Source of the DNA: Minisyncoccia bacterium
Lineage (GTDB): Bacteria > Patescibacteriota > Minisyncoccia > SW-4-49-11
DNA length: 38,152 bases
NCBI GenBank assembly: GCA_044356725.1
Contig: JBIKVS010000010.1
Coordinates: 1 to 38,152, forward strand
Direction: 5' to 3'
Made by a program: the position numbers and the translations under genes. The notes under the pieces are model-generated. The model worked only from the letters and a program-made list of their open reading frames with translations. It made no database searches and was not told where the DNA came from. Below are positions 1 through 11,463 of this stretch, piece by piece. The stretch's first letter is position 1. The number at the start of each line of letters is the position of its first letter.

Positions 1-96
1 CCTATTAACTTCCTTCATCTTATCTCTAAATCTCCTAAACTTTCCTCTAAACCTTCCAAACTCTAAAGTGGTGCGTTTGTTCCTTGACTTTTCCAG
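1..96 (+). mobile_element. Probable right end of an IS element (IS30/rve-like); transposase C-terminal tail and terminal inverted repeat, cut by window edge
   Basis: Plus frame 1 reads [21 protein letters not shown] (stop 64-66), followed by GTGGTGCGTTTGTTCCTTGACTTTTCCAG. Its reverse complement shares CAAAnGCACCACT with the IS30-like end at 38025-38053. The pilin consensus on the minus strand breaks off at this point. Confidence 0.45.
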
Positions 97-285
97 GTAT
101 TGTTCTATTGCTTTGTAGATTGTATTTATATCTGCTCTTCTTTGTGCATTCCTGGCTTGTGCTATCTGTCTATTTGGGTTTACTGCTACTAGTACTATTG
201 CCGCTAATATCCCTATCGCTGCTATTACTAAGAGTATCTCTAGTAGGGTGAAGCCTTTACTTGCTCTCTTTTTATTTATATTCAT
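97..285 (-). pseudogene. Type IV pilin / prepilin-type N-terminal cleavage-methylation protein, apparently interrupted after about codon 63
   Basis: Hand translation from ATG at 285: [11 protein letters not shown]|[52 protein letters not shown]. Class III signal G|FTLxE plus hydrophobic helix. The frame stays open to the window edge but becomes non-pilin-like after EQYL. Not in the ORF track. Confidence 0.8.
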
Positions 286-435
286 ATGTTTGAGTTTGTT
301 ATTGTTACTTTTATTACAGTCTATTTTATCTCTATATTCTATTGTATCATACTATTGTCTTTTTTTAAATTTTGTATTGTGGATAACTGTAAAAAATTAT
401 AAATTATGAATGGTGAATGCTGAATTGGGAGTTTC

Positions 436-520
436 GTAGCGGAAGGTTTATCCTTCCATTTCGTAGGTGCGACCTGCCCCAAGGGAGGACAAATACAGGC
501 GACTGTAAGGTCGCCCCTAC
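436..520. repeat. GTAG-type REP-like palindrome cluster
   Basis: GTAGCGGAAGG..CCTTCC and GTAGGTGCGACC...GGTCGCCCCTAC. The reverse complement of 481-520 matches 15201-15240 at 36/40 positions. Confidence 0.75.
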
Positions 521-564
521 ATAATATTTCTTTTACACTAGCTAATAGGAGGACAGAATAAAAG

Positions 565-595
565 AAAAAACCGAGCCCCTTCAAGGTGCTCGGTT
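565..595 (-). terminator. Intrinsic terminator of 581..778
   Basis: Minus strand AACCGAGC-ACCTTGAAGGG-GCTCGGTT followed by a T tract. Confidence 0.7.
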
Positions 596-778
596 ACGAT
601 TTCGAGGTTTTGAACTTAAACTAATATCTACAATGATTCCGACTAAAAGATAGATTAAACCTATTACTATTAAAATATACCTAACCCAATAGTATGAAAA
701 GAAGAATATGCATAGTACAATTATTATCATTGGGAGTACAATGAATAAAAATTTTCTCCAAAAGAAATTCCAAGACAT
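581..778 (-). CDS. Small two-TM membrane protein, hypothetical
   Basis: 65 aa with two hydrophobic segments and a basic tail. TTGACA upstream (829-834, minus) and a terminator at its end. Confidence 0.6.
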   Translation of the reverse strand: MSWNFFWRKFLFIVLPMIIIVLCIFFFSYYWVRYILIVIGLIYLLVGIIVDISLSSKPRNRNRAP

Positions 779-838
779 AAAAAGTACAGTGTCACAACCC
801 CAATATACTACCCCACTATACTCTATTTTGTCAAATGA

Positions 839-2404
839 TTATTTAGTTTTCTTCTGATTAGATAAGACTTTTGTGAGCCCCAATTTCCAAGTTATAAAGA
901 TATATATGGCGAGGGCAGGGGAGGATGCTCCTAGTACTTGTATTATTAAGGATATAAGAGTATTGGTTCCAATAAATGACCCTATTAATTGCTTGAATAT
1001 ATAAGCAATAACTAACATGCCAATTGACCACATAGATACTTGTACTCCGTATATCATTGTCTTAATGACACTACCGTGATTGATAGCTCTAAATATAATA
1101 ACTCCGTATATAATACAAGTAATAGCCATAGTTATAGAAAAAGCTGCAGCCACACCTAAGACTCCCCAGTAATTACTCAAAACTAGGGCTAGGACAATAT
1201 TTATCAGCATACCGATGATACCCACTATCATTGGAGTTTTGGTATCATGCCGGGCAAAAAGGGCACGGCTAAATAATGGGATAAGTCCCTGAAATGGTAT
1301 GGAAAGTGCTAGAATAGTAAAAGTTTGAAAAGTAATTTTAGTTGCTTCCCAACTAAATCCGCCTCCTCCGTATACTATTCGCACGATTTGTGACCTAAAG
1401 TTAAGCATTAACATCATTATTGGGATTAGCAATAATAAATTCTTGGATATTCCGCCAATTACATAATCTCTAAATGATTCTTCATCCTTCTTTGCATACG
1501 CCTCAGTTAAATATGGGAATATAGCAGTAGCAAAAGAAATGGCTATAACTCCTAGAGGTAGTGCATTTAGATTAAAGGCTAAAGTAAAGTAAGTGACGGC
1601 ATCAGGTTTAGTAGAAGCTATAATAGTACCGATAAATAGACTGAGCATAGCGGTGTCTATCACTAATAATCGGGGCCAATATAAATCCCATAGTCTTTTT
1701 AGATTTTTTATATATAATTTGGTATCTACCTTTAGACTAATATTGAGTTTAAGGACACTTGGAATCTGGATTAATAGATGTAATATTGCTCCTAATACTA
1801 CTCCATACCCTAATCCTGAAACTCCCCAAATTGGATAAAAGTAAATAATTCCGATTATAATTCCAATATTATAGACTATTGGAGCTAGAGCCACTATAAT
1901 GAATTTTTTATAAGCATTCAGAACACTAGATAAAACACTAGATATACTAAATATAAAAGGTGAAATAGCCATAATACGAGTCAGGGTGACTGCATCTACA
2001 AGTTTCTGTCCTTCATAAGAAATCGCCACTAATTTCACTAAATAAGGAGCAAAAACAACCATTATGACCGATATTATACCCATCACAACTCCTACAATCA
2101 GTAAAACATCATCTACTAAACTCTGAGCTTCTTGTTGTTTATCTTTACGATGGATTAATTTACTAAATAATGGTATAAAAGCACTAGAAAGGGTACCTAG
2201 AATCAAAATATTATATAAAAAATCTGGTATTCTAAAGGCTGAAAAATAGGCATCTAGAATTGAAGTCTCAAAATTACTAGTTAATAATCTATCTCGAAAC
2301 AATCCTAACAAACGAGAAAATATACTCAAGATAACCAAATATCCTGTAATATGCATAATAGCTGACTTAGGCAAAAATTGCTTTAATTTTTTGACTGTAA
2401 ACAT
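839..2404 (-). CDS. murJ: Lipid II flippase MurJ (MviN)
   Basis: SRLLGLFRD, DAYFSAFRIPD, GTLSSAFIP and ARHDTKTPM motifs; about 14 TM segments. Start chosen at MFTVKK (2404); the ORF track begins at 2422. Confidence 0.95.
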   Translation of the reverse strand: MFTVKKLKQFLPKSAIMHITGYLVILSIFSRLLGLFRDRLLTSNFETSILDAYFSAFRIPDFLYNILILGTLSSAFIPLFSKLIHRKDKQQEAQSLVDDVLLIVGVVMGIISVIMVVFAPYLVKLVAISYEGQKLVDAVTLTRIMAISPFIFSISSVLSSVLNAYKKFIIVALAPIVYNIGIIIGIIYFYPIWGVSGLGYGVVLGAILHLLIQIPSVLKLNISLKVDTKLYIKNLKRLWDLYWPRLLVIDTAMLSLFIGTIIASTKPDAVTYFTLAFNLNALPLGVIAISFATAIFPYLTEAYAKKDEESFRDYVIGGISKNLLLLIPIMMLMLNFRSQIVRIVYGGGGFSWEATKITFQTFTILALSIPFQGLIPLFSRALFARHDTKTPMIVGIIGMLINIVLALVLSNYWGVLGVAAAFSITMAITCIIYGVIIFRAINHGSVIKTMIYGVQVSMWSIGMLVIAYIFKQLIGSFIGTNTLISLIIQVLGASSPALAIYIFITWKLGLTKVLSNQKKTK

Positions 2405-2433
2405 AATAGAATTATTATACACTATTTTTACAT

Positions 2434-2476
2434 AAAATAAAACAGATTCCTCAATATTAGAGAAATCTGCTTTATT
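2434..2476 (-). terminator. Probable terminator downstream of 16S rRNA
   Basis: Hairpin CAGATT(C)CTC-AATATTA-GAGAAATCTG flanked by A/T tracts. Confidence 0.55.
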
Positions 2477-2634
2477 AAATCATTTAATAACTATATCAGA
2501 TATTAGTAAATAGCTTTTAGCAACAATCTGACGCACCTTGTCTCAAAAGACAAGGATTTGTTGGTGTAAAAGTATCAAGATATAAATCTTGACCGACCAT
2601 TCCTTGTTGAATTACTTCAACAGGCATATCCTTA

Positions 2635-4137
<1,503 letters not shown>

Positions 4138-4267
4138 AACGTCAGATTGTTCCTAAAAAACATCTACTCTTTAAATATTCAGGATATAGTTATTGAACCT
4201 TACAATTTTTAGTTGTAAGTTGATTGAATTATAAACGAACTGTCTTGCTTTACAAGACGGTATGTAT

Positions 4268-4296
4268 ATAATAATTGAAATCTAAACTTTTGTCAA
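4268..4296 (-). promoter_or_regulatory. sigma70 promoter for 16S rRNA
   Basis: TTGACA-17 nt-TATTAT on the minus strand, about 130 bp upstream of mature 16S. Confidence 0.8.
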
Positions 4297-4318
4297 GAGA
4301 TTTTGGAACAGTTTTGAT

Positions 4319-5803
4319 TTATTTTTGATTTAGTCTAGGAAATATGTGTAATTCCTCACCATTTAAGAGTTTTTGCATCAATATTGAGGTACTTGGCATA
4401 ATAGGTTTTATAGCTTCTGTAATCTGAGTTAGAGATTGTAGCCATTTGTGAATATTTTGTTCTAACTCTTCTATTTGCCCTGATTTATATAGTTCCCATG
4501 GCTTAGTACTTTCAATTTCTTGCCCAATTAGAGTGATTTGGTCTAATAATAAATGTATAGCTTTATAAACATCGTATTCTCTCATTGCCTCATGATATTG
4601 TTGATCTGGCAAATTATCTGCTTCATATTGGGCTAACATATTATATTTGCGAGCCATACCAACTACTCTGCTAAAGGTATTCCCAAATTTATTAACTAAT
4701 TCTGAGTCATAAACAGACATAATTTTCTCTTTGGTAATATCTCCGTCATTGCCAATTTTCATCTCTCTTAATATTACATATCTTAGAATATCATTCCCTA
4801 GATTATCTGTAGTCTGATTTAACTCATTAATTATATCTTGTGGTACTATTACATTTCCAAGACTTTTAGACATTTTTCTACCATCAGATAGGAAAAATCC
4901 TGTAATTAACATTGTCTTTGGTAATTTATCTTCAGCTACTCCAAGAGCTAATAAAAAGGCTGGCCAAAATATAGTATGAAATTTCATTATATCCTTACCC
5001 ATCACTTGTAAATCTGGAGGCCAAATATCCTGAATTTTCTCAAGAATTTCATCTATAGATAAATTATTAATATCAATATTCTGACTGGCTAAAATTCCAG
5101 ACATATAGTTAAATAGAGCATCAATCCACACATACAGTGTTTGAGTGGTATCAAATGGCACCGGTATTCCCCAACTAACTTTTTCTCTGGTGACAGAAAA
5201 ATCTCCTACATCTGGATTCTTTAACAATTCCAAAGCCTCATTTCGTCGTGATTCTGGGATAATTTGAATAGTATTATTCTCTATTAATTCACGGACTCTA
5301 TCTTTATACTTAGTAAGCCGGAAAAAGTAGTTTTTCTCTAAGATTATCTGAGGTTTCTCATCATGATAGGGACACAAGCCACCTTCTCTTAGTTCAGATT
5401 GAGTGACAAAAGATTCATCTCCCACACAATATAAAGCTTCATACGAATTTGGATAAACCGCATCATTTTCTAATAATTTGGTAATTACAAATTGACAAAG
5501 AGCCTTATGCACTGGATTGGTAGTACGAATAAAATAATCATAGCTAAGTCCTAACTTATCCCAAGAGTCCTGCCAAATCTTTGACATTTTATCAGTATAT
5601 TCTTGGGGAAGTAAATTATTTTTTTGAGCAGCCTCTGCTACTTTCTGTCCATGTTCATCAGTTCCAGTTAAAAAAAATGCACCAGAAGAAAATTGCCGAT
5701 GATAGCGAGCTAAAACATCAGCAATAGTGGTAGCATAATAATGCCCAAGATGAGGTTCTCCATTTAAGTAATAGATTGGAGTCGTGACAAAAAACTTTTT
5801 CAT
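4319..5803 (-). CDS. metG: Methionyl-tRNA synthetase (short form, no C-terminal tRNA-binding domain)
   Basis: TTPIYY..PHLGH (HIGH motif), GTDEHG, YVWIDAL and KMSKS motifs. Confidence 0.97.
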   Translation of the reverse strand: MKKFFVTTPIYYLNGEPHLGHYYATTIADVLARYHRQFSSGAFFLTGTDEHGQKVAEAAQKNNLLPQEYTDKMSKIWQDSWDKLGLSYDYFIRTTNPVHKALCQFVITKLLENDAVYPNSYEALYCVGDESFVTQSELREGGLCPYHDEKPQIILEKNYFFRLTKYKDRVRELIENNTIQIIPESRRNEALELLKNPDVGDFSVTREKVSWGIPVPFDTTQTLYVWIDALFNYMSGILASQNIDINNLSIDEILEKIQDIWPPDLQVMGKDIMKFHTIFWPAFLLALGVAEDKLPKTMLITGFFLSDGRKMSKSLGNVIVPQDIINELNQTTDNLGNDILRYVILREMKIGNDGDITKEKIMSVYDSELVNKFGNTFSRVVGMARKYNMLAQYEADNLPDQQYHEAMREYDVYKAIHLLLDQITLIGQEIESTKPWELYKSGQIEELEQNIHKWLQSLTQITEAIKPIMPSTSILMQKLLNGEELHIFPRLNQK

Positions 5804-5845
5804 ATATCTATTACTATATCAGATTAATACTTTTGCTTCAAGTAT

Positions 5846-6301
5846 CTACTTAATCTCCAAAATAGTATATTTTTGGATACCTGCTGGAGTTTCTACCTCT
5901 ACTTCTTCTCCAACACTACGATGGATAAAGGCTTGTCCAAGAGGAGACTCATCAGATATTTTGCGCTCAGCTGGATTAGCTTCTGATGGTCCAACGATTA
6001 AGAATTCCCGCTCTCCTGCACCATTCCTTACCTTAATCTGAGAACCTAAGGATACAAATTGAGAGTTAGTTGGAGATTCTACAACCTCAGCATTACGAAT
6101 CAAATCTTCTAGTTCTAGAATTTTGGATTCATTAAAGGCCATATCATTTTTAGCTTCATGATATTCTCCATTTTCTTTCAAGTCTCCTTGTTCTTTCGCT
6201 GATTTAATCTTCTCGATTATTTCTTTACGCCTTAAAACCAGAGCTTCAAGTTCTACTTGTGCTTTTTCAAGACCCGATTGTGTCATATGATATTTCTTCA
6301 T
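5846..6301 (-). CDS. greA: Transcription elongation factor GreA
   Basis: GDLKENGEYHEAK and ISDESPLGQA motifs. Confidence 0.97.
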   Translation of the reverse strand: MKKYHMTQSGLEKAQVELEALVLRRKEIIEKIKSAKEQGDLKENGEYHEAKNDMAFNESKILELEDLIRNAEVVESPTNSQFVSLGSQIKVRNGAGEREFLIVGPSEANPAERKISDESPLGQAFIHRSVGEEVEVETPAGIQKYTILEIK

Positions 6302-6417
6302 ACTTGAATATAATTAATTTAATAAAATACAGTAAATACTTATATTTTATATTGGGCTTAATTCTGGTTGATGTGATTTGATATTCACTTTTACTGTGAT
6401 TGGAGTATACTATAGAT

Positions 6418-8355
6418 ATGTATATTTTGCAAGTAGTACCCCTTATCAAACTTCCTGGGCAGATGAGCCACACTCTGACTTACTATTCATCCGAAGAGAT
6501 ACTTCCGGGTAGTCTTATCATAGTTGAAGTTCGTACCTCCTATATTACATCAATTGTTTATTTTTGTCAAGAGTTGACAAAAGATAGGCAAAATCTCCGT
6601 AAGTTCGCTAGTTTTAGCCCTAAACCTATAGAAAAGAGTTTTTCTAATACTCCCCTTTTAAATGATAATCAATTAAAATTAGCTGAATGGATTAGTAATT
6701 ATTATGCTCATCCGTTGGGGAATATTATGAAGTGGTTTTTACCAAGATTATCTAATAAAATTAAAAGATACCCTAAAATCCTTGAGGCTCCTGTTGATAC
6801 TGTAAAACTTGGAGCAGAATACATCCCTAAATTAATCATTTATCCTACCTCTAAAAGATTTGAGCATTACCATAAAATTATTCGTCAAAACCAAGGTCAG
6901 ATTCTAATTCTAACCCCAGATAATATTAGTCTTGAAACCCTAACTCAAGAATTACAACATCATCAACCAATTATTATTCATTCCGGACTAAAGACAAGCG
7001 AATTTCGAAAAATATGGATGCAAATCAAGTCTGGAGAAGCTAAATTAATTCTAGGGACTAGAAGTAGCTTATTCCTACCATTTCAAAATTTGGAACATAT
7101 TATTATAGAAGATGAGTCATCAGAAGCTTATTATTCTTTTGAAACCAAACCTCATTATCAGACCACTAAGATTGCAATCAAACTAGCCAAACTATATAAA
7201 GCTACTTTGACCTTAGCCTCTAATCTACCTAGTATTAACAGTTTGAATATTTTAGAAAATCGTCATTTAAGCCTACCAGCTGAATTTTATCCAGATACTA
7301 ATAATCTCAAGACTGAATTGATAGAAATGCCCGTAGAGTTTTATAAAGGGAATAAAGAATTACTATCTATTCCAGCTCAGAAAGCAATTACTAAAGCTCT
7401 TAAAAATAATCAATCTATTATTATATATATCAACCGTCGTGGTGAATCACTATATATGTCTTGCCGTGATTGTGGATATCACTTAAGAGACCCAAAATCT
7501 GGTAGTTTGTTAACTGTGCATAGAGTAGATACTTTATCCAAAAAAATCCCCAATTATACTGAGACCCAAATTCTAATGTCACATACCTCTCGGAAATGGT
7601 TCAAGATGATACACAAATGTCCTCAATGCAAATCTCTGAACCTCAAACAAGGTGGTATAGGAATACAAAAAATACAATCTATGATACAAGAGCTATATCC
7701 ACAAACTCCCAATTTTATTCTCTCCAGTGACACTGCCTCTAATGTAGATACACAAAAAGAAATTATCACTAAGTTTATACATACCAGTCCCTCTATATTG
7801 CTAAGTACTAGTATGATTCATAAATTTTTAGATATTATCCCTCAAACAATTACGATTATCCCATCTGCCGAATCTTTGATTAATTTTCCAGATTATAGTA
7901 TTCAAGAAAAATCAATTCAGACTTTAACTGAACTTATTCAACATAGTAAAAAAACTTTTATCCAAACCTTCACTACCTGGAATAGAGATGAAGAACTCCC
8001 ATCCCATATTTATAATATTATCAATCGCCCAGTATCAGAACTTTGGCAACAAGAATATAATAATAGAAAATTATATCAGTACCCACCTCATTATGAGATT
8101 ATTGCCATTCACTCTCAGCATAACAAGCGACAATTCGCACTAGATCAAGCTCTCAGGATTAAAACAGCTCTTGATAATATCAGTATCAAGGCTTTAGGAC
8201 CACTAGAAAAATATTTAGCTAAAGGTAAAGGGATATATAAATTCACTGTAATTATACAAAGTTCCCCCACTCAAGCCAAAACAATTAAAGCTAAATTAGT
8301 CCCAATCTTAGAAAGAGGACAGGATATTGAGATTAATCCACAGAATTTATTGTAA
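6418..8355 (+). CDS. priA: Primosomal protein N' (PriA), degenerate helicase motifs
   Basis: N-terminal 3'-DNA-binding-like region (LTYYS, WISNYY), GTRSSLFLPF, INRRG..CRDCG, CPQC and YPP motifs. Start chosen at ATG 6418. Confidence 0.9.
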   Translation: MYILQVVPLIKLPGQMSHTLTYYSSEEILPGSLIIVEVRTSYITSIVYFCQELTKDRQNLRKFASFSPKPIEKSFSNTPLLNDNQLKLAEWISNYYAHPLGNIMKWFLPRLSNKIKRYPKILEAPVDTVKLGAEYIPKLIIYPTSKRFEHYHKIIRQNQGQILILTPDNISLETLTQELQHHQPIIIHSGLKTSEFRKIWMQIKSGEAKLILGTRSSLFLPFQNLEHIIIEDESSEAYYSFETKPHYQTTKIAIKLAKLYKATLTLASNLPSINSLNILENRHLSLPAEFYPDTNNLKTELIEMPVEFYKGNKELLSIPAQKAITKALKNNQSIIIYINRRGESLYMSCRDCGYHLRDPKSGSLLTVHRVDTLSKKIPNYTETQILMSHTSRKWFKMIHKCPQCKSLNLKQGGIGIQKIQSMIQELYPQTPNFILSSDTASNVDTQKEIITKFIHTSPSILLSTSMIHKFLDIIPQTITIIPSAESLINFPDYSIQEKSIQTLTELIQHSKKTFIQTFTTWNRDEELPSHIYNIINRPVSELWQQEYNNRKLYQYPPHYEIIAIHSQHNKRQFALDQALRIKTALDNISIKALGPLEKYLAKGKGIYKFTVIIQSSPTQAKTIKAKLVPILERGQDIEINPQNLL

Positions 8356-10690
8356 TAATTTTCTTATATCTCAATACTCCATTATACCCCCACCAAATTA
8401 AGTTTAGGGCTATAGCTACACTAAAGGATTTGTAGTTTAAGATAGTTTCCCATAGCTTATTATACCAAGTTTTATTCTTAGAGTTAGTATCAACTCCTGA
8501 AATCTGATATTCATCTAGCCCTCTATATTCTTTTGTGGGAATAGACACAAGGTTAGATGGATTATTATCTAGCACTGCCTTGTTAATTTGGGAACTATTT
8601 GTAGTAGATTTCTTGATTGCGGGAATTACTTTAATTTGACTTACTTTCCATGGGATTACCCTTATTTCTCCATCATAAACCTCTGTAAACCCAGTCAATT
8701 TGACTAAGTCTCCTTTTTTCATCTTGGGTTTAGTGAATTTATCAGAGTATAATTTCACGGTAGTATCTGAATTTTTATTATTTAATACTAATTTAGTTTT
8801 AGTATTAGTATCTAAAACTCCTGTGACATTGACTACTCTACCCCAATCGGAAGTTTCTAATTTGGTAGTATTTTGTGTTTGTAGTTCTATTTTTTGATCT
8901 GAGATTATCTGTATATTATCTATAGAATTGGTTTTGAGATATTGCTGTGTATCGGTATTATGCCATTCAGCTTGAATTTTGACTATATCCCCTTCTTTTA
9001 GTGTTGGGAATCGCTTCTGCCTATCATAAATCTTCACTACTCTATTATCTTTGATGATATAAAAACTATTATCAATCAATGTACCTACTGGAATAATAAC
9101 CTGACCTTCAATTTCTACATATTCTCCATCTTCTATTTGTGATAATTGCTCTATATTTTCAATTCCAATATAGTTTTTAGTGCTATCTGGATTCTCTTTT
9201 TCGGTGAATATATTCGAAGCATTAGGAGTTATAGTTTTAGTCCAGCCCCATCCTTGTAAAATTGGAATATAGGAGAGACCATTATAAGCTTTGGTATAAG
9301 AAGTTGTTGACTGTATTTGATTATAATTATCTGTCAAAGTGACTGTCTCACTCGTATTATTAAGAGAAATCTTAGTCTCTGATTGAATATACATTTTATA
9401 GCTTTTAGCTGGTATAATACCTGACAAAATAAAGCTTTTAGCTAAATCAGATATTTTCCAACCGTTAAGATCAATATCTTGCTCAGTATTATTATACAGT
9501 TCTACAAACTCTTCCCCTATACTGGGATAAGGGTAAATCTCAGATATTATAATACTTCCAATATTATATTTTGATAATTGAGGAATGATTGGGATAATGG
9601 GCTTTGGCTCAATCGGAGTAATTTCTACAGGCGGGGACACTGGAGCTATATTAATATCATTAGGTGAAGAAGTTTCATTCCATATCCAAATATTATCTAT
9701 CAACATATAGCTATACCCTTTTTGAGATGTTTTCATTGTATAATCTACTTGAGATTGCATCTTACCGTCTGGGTCATATAATATAACTGAATCTTGATCA
9801 TTATTTAATATAATCTTAAGTCCTGACCCACTTTCTAAGAGTAGAAATCCTTTAGCAGGGATGATACCACTTAAAGTCTGTATAGTAGAGCCACCATTAG
9901 GTATATCATCTAATTTCCAATTATTAAGGTCTATGTCTTTGTCTGTAGTATTATATAATTCTACAAATTCCTTGCCACCATCTATTGGATTTGGATAAAT
10001 TTCGGATATGATTACACCTCCGTAAGATATTTTCTCTGGCGCTGGTACTATTTCTGGTTCTGGAATGGTTGGAGTAATAGGAGTTAAAGGAATATTTAAT
10101 GGCGAGTGTGCTTTAACTTCCCAAACTAAATTACTAACTTTGTGTAGAGATTGAGTGTTATTAGTGGTAGCAGGCCATTTATCTTTAAAATTTACCGCAT
10201 CAATAGTAATGTTTTCACTATTTCTAAGCTCAATATAAGCTCCAGTGGTATTATTTAGAGATCCAAAATTAGTGCTAGTTATATTAATAACTTTTTCAAT
10301 AGGAGGCAGACTGCTTTGAGCTGAGGTAATACGTCGAATAACTAAATAGTCAGTAATAGTACCAGACAAAGTTATAGTCTTGTCTCCCGAGCCAGATAAA
10401 ATTCTTAATTTCCAGCCATCTAATATAATTGGGGAGCTAGGATTAGAATTCTTTAGTTCAATAAACTCATCCCCCGAACCTGGGGTATTATCTTTCCAGT
10501 CAGTATAGCCAATATAGTTAATCTCATTTATCTCAACTGATTGAAAACTAGCCAAAGTAAGATTTGGAATAAACAAAAATAGCCCCAAGATGAGGGCTAT
10601 TAATTTATGATATTGTATTGTCTGTATTAGTGGTATTTTCTTGTGAGTTTTGATTAGGTTCGGTTTTATTTGGCTCATAAGTATATGCAT
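8333..10690 (-). CDS. Secreted/membrane-anchored lamin-tail-domain protein with C-terminal OB-fold-like repeats
   Basis: Three repeats of I(S/N)EI.....EF(V/I)EL.N.....DLNGWK; N-terminal signal-like helix, Pro-rich linkers and a C-terminal hydrophobic segment. Start uncertain. Confidence 0.85.
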   Translation of the reverse strand: MHILMSQIKPNLIKTHKKIPLIQTIQYHKLIALILGLFLFIPNLTLASFQSVEINEINYIGYTDWKDNTPGSGDEFIELKNSNPSSPIILDGWKLRILSGSGDKTITLSGTITDYLVIRRITSAQSSLPPIEKVINITSTNFGSLNNTTGAYIELRNSENITIDAVNFKDKWPATTNNTQSLHKVSNLVWEVKAHSPLNIPLTPITPTIPEPEIVPAPEKISYGGVIISEIYPNPIDGGKEFVELYNTTDKDIDLNNWKLDDIPNGGSTIQTLSGIIPAKGFLLLESGSGLKIILNNDQDSVILYDPDGKMQSQVDYTMKTSQKGYSYMLIDNIWIWNETSSPNDINIAPVSPPVEITPIEPKPIIPIIPQLSKYNIGSIIISEIYPYPSIGEEFVELYNNTEQDIDLNGWKISDLAKSFILSGIIPAKSYKMYIQSETKISLNNTSETVTLTDNYNQIQSTTSYTKAYNGLSYIPILQGWGWTKTITPNASNIFTEKENPDSTKNYIGIENIEQLSQIEDGEYVEIEGQVIIPVGTLIDNSFYIIKDNRVVKIYDRQKRFPTLKEGDIVKIQAEWHNTDTQQYLKTNSIDNIQIISDQKIELQTQNTTKLETSDWGRVVNVTGVLDTNTKTKLVLNNKNSDTTVKLYSDKFTKPKMKKGDLVKLTGFTEVYDGEIRVIPWKVSQIKVIPAIKKSTTNSSQINKAVLDNNPSNLVSIPTKEYRGLDEYQISGVDTNSKNKTWYNKLWETILNYKSFSVAIALNLIWWGYNGVLRYKKIITINSVD

Positions 10691-11243
10691 TATGTAATTC
10701 TACAGTTCTATTGGCCTCAGCAAATTTTAAGATAATATCCTTCGCCTTATACGGATAAGGGATATTATCAAAAAATAAGGTTTTTTGGTCGGCTCCAGCC
10801 GTTTGTATTCTGACATCACCAAAATGTAATATATTTGAAAAAAAACCTTTGGCAACAACTTCTATATCTTGAACATTGCCAATATCTGCCTCGGACACTT
10901 TACGATGAAAAAAGTCAATCTGGTCAATGGTAAGAACCCTCTGATTAGTCACAATATAAGCATCTAGATAATAATGCGTCCAGGTTAAAAAGGCAGTATA
11001 TAAAATAAATAATATAATCAATGTAATTATAAAATCAAAAACCGCTCCAAAAAATGGATCTTGTAATATTGTGATATTATTGGGAATAATATTAGATAAA
11101 ATTAATACTGCAGCCAATAAAAATAAATTGAGTATATATGGCATTATAAGAAAGAATATAGCTCTCCTGAAGACAATTTTTACTTCCTCATCTTTATGTT
11201 GTCCTGGGAAATGGATATGTTGACCTGTAATTCTATCAAGCAT
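10605..11243 (-). CDS. Bacterial PH-domain (bPH_2-like) membrane protein
   Basis: Two TM helices followed by YIVTNQRV...VQDIEV...FGDVRIQTAG. Confidence 0.85.
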   Translation of the reverse strand: MLDRITGQHIHFPGQHKDEEVKIVFRRAIFFLIMPYILNLFLLAAVLILSNIIPNNITILQDPFFGAVFDFIITLIILFILYTAFLTWTHYYLDAYIVTNQRVLTIDQIDFFHRKVSEADIGNVQDIEVVAKGFFSNILHFGDVRIQTAGADQKTLFFDNIPYPYKAKDIILKFAEANRTVELHNAYTYEPNKTEPNQNSQENTTNTDNTIS

Positions 11244-11249
11244 ATTTGT

Positions 11250-11456
11250 TTAATTAGTTAGATTCAAAATTGACTGTAAATTCATAAACAGCATAATTAA
11301 CAAAAAAGAACTACCCACAATATAGGCAACAGTAGAGACAATTCCAATTTTATTATTAATCCCAAAAGCAAAAATATGATAAGTCATCACGATACTACCA
11401 ATGATATAAGCTATTAGTATAATCAGATAGGTAATAATAAACAGTTGATTAGACAT
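11250..11456 (-). CDS. Small two-TM membrane protein, hypothetical
   Basis: 68 aa hydrophobic ORF packed with 6-7 bp gaps between ruvB and the PH-domain gene. Confidence 0.75.
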   Translation of the reverse strand: MSNQLFIITYLIILIAYIIGSIVMTYHIFAFGINNKIGIVSTVAYIVGSSFLLIMLFMNLQSILNLTN

Positions 11457-11463
11457 AAAGTTT

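Noticed and set aside
339-584. 81-aa ORF
   Set aside because: Runs through a terminator and REP palindromes; no protein-like signal.
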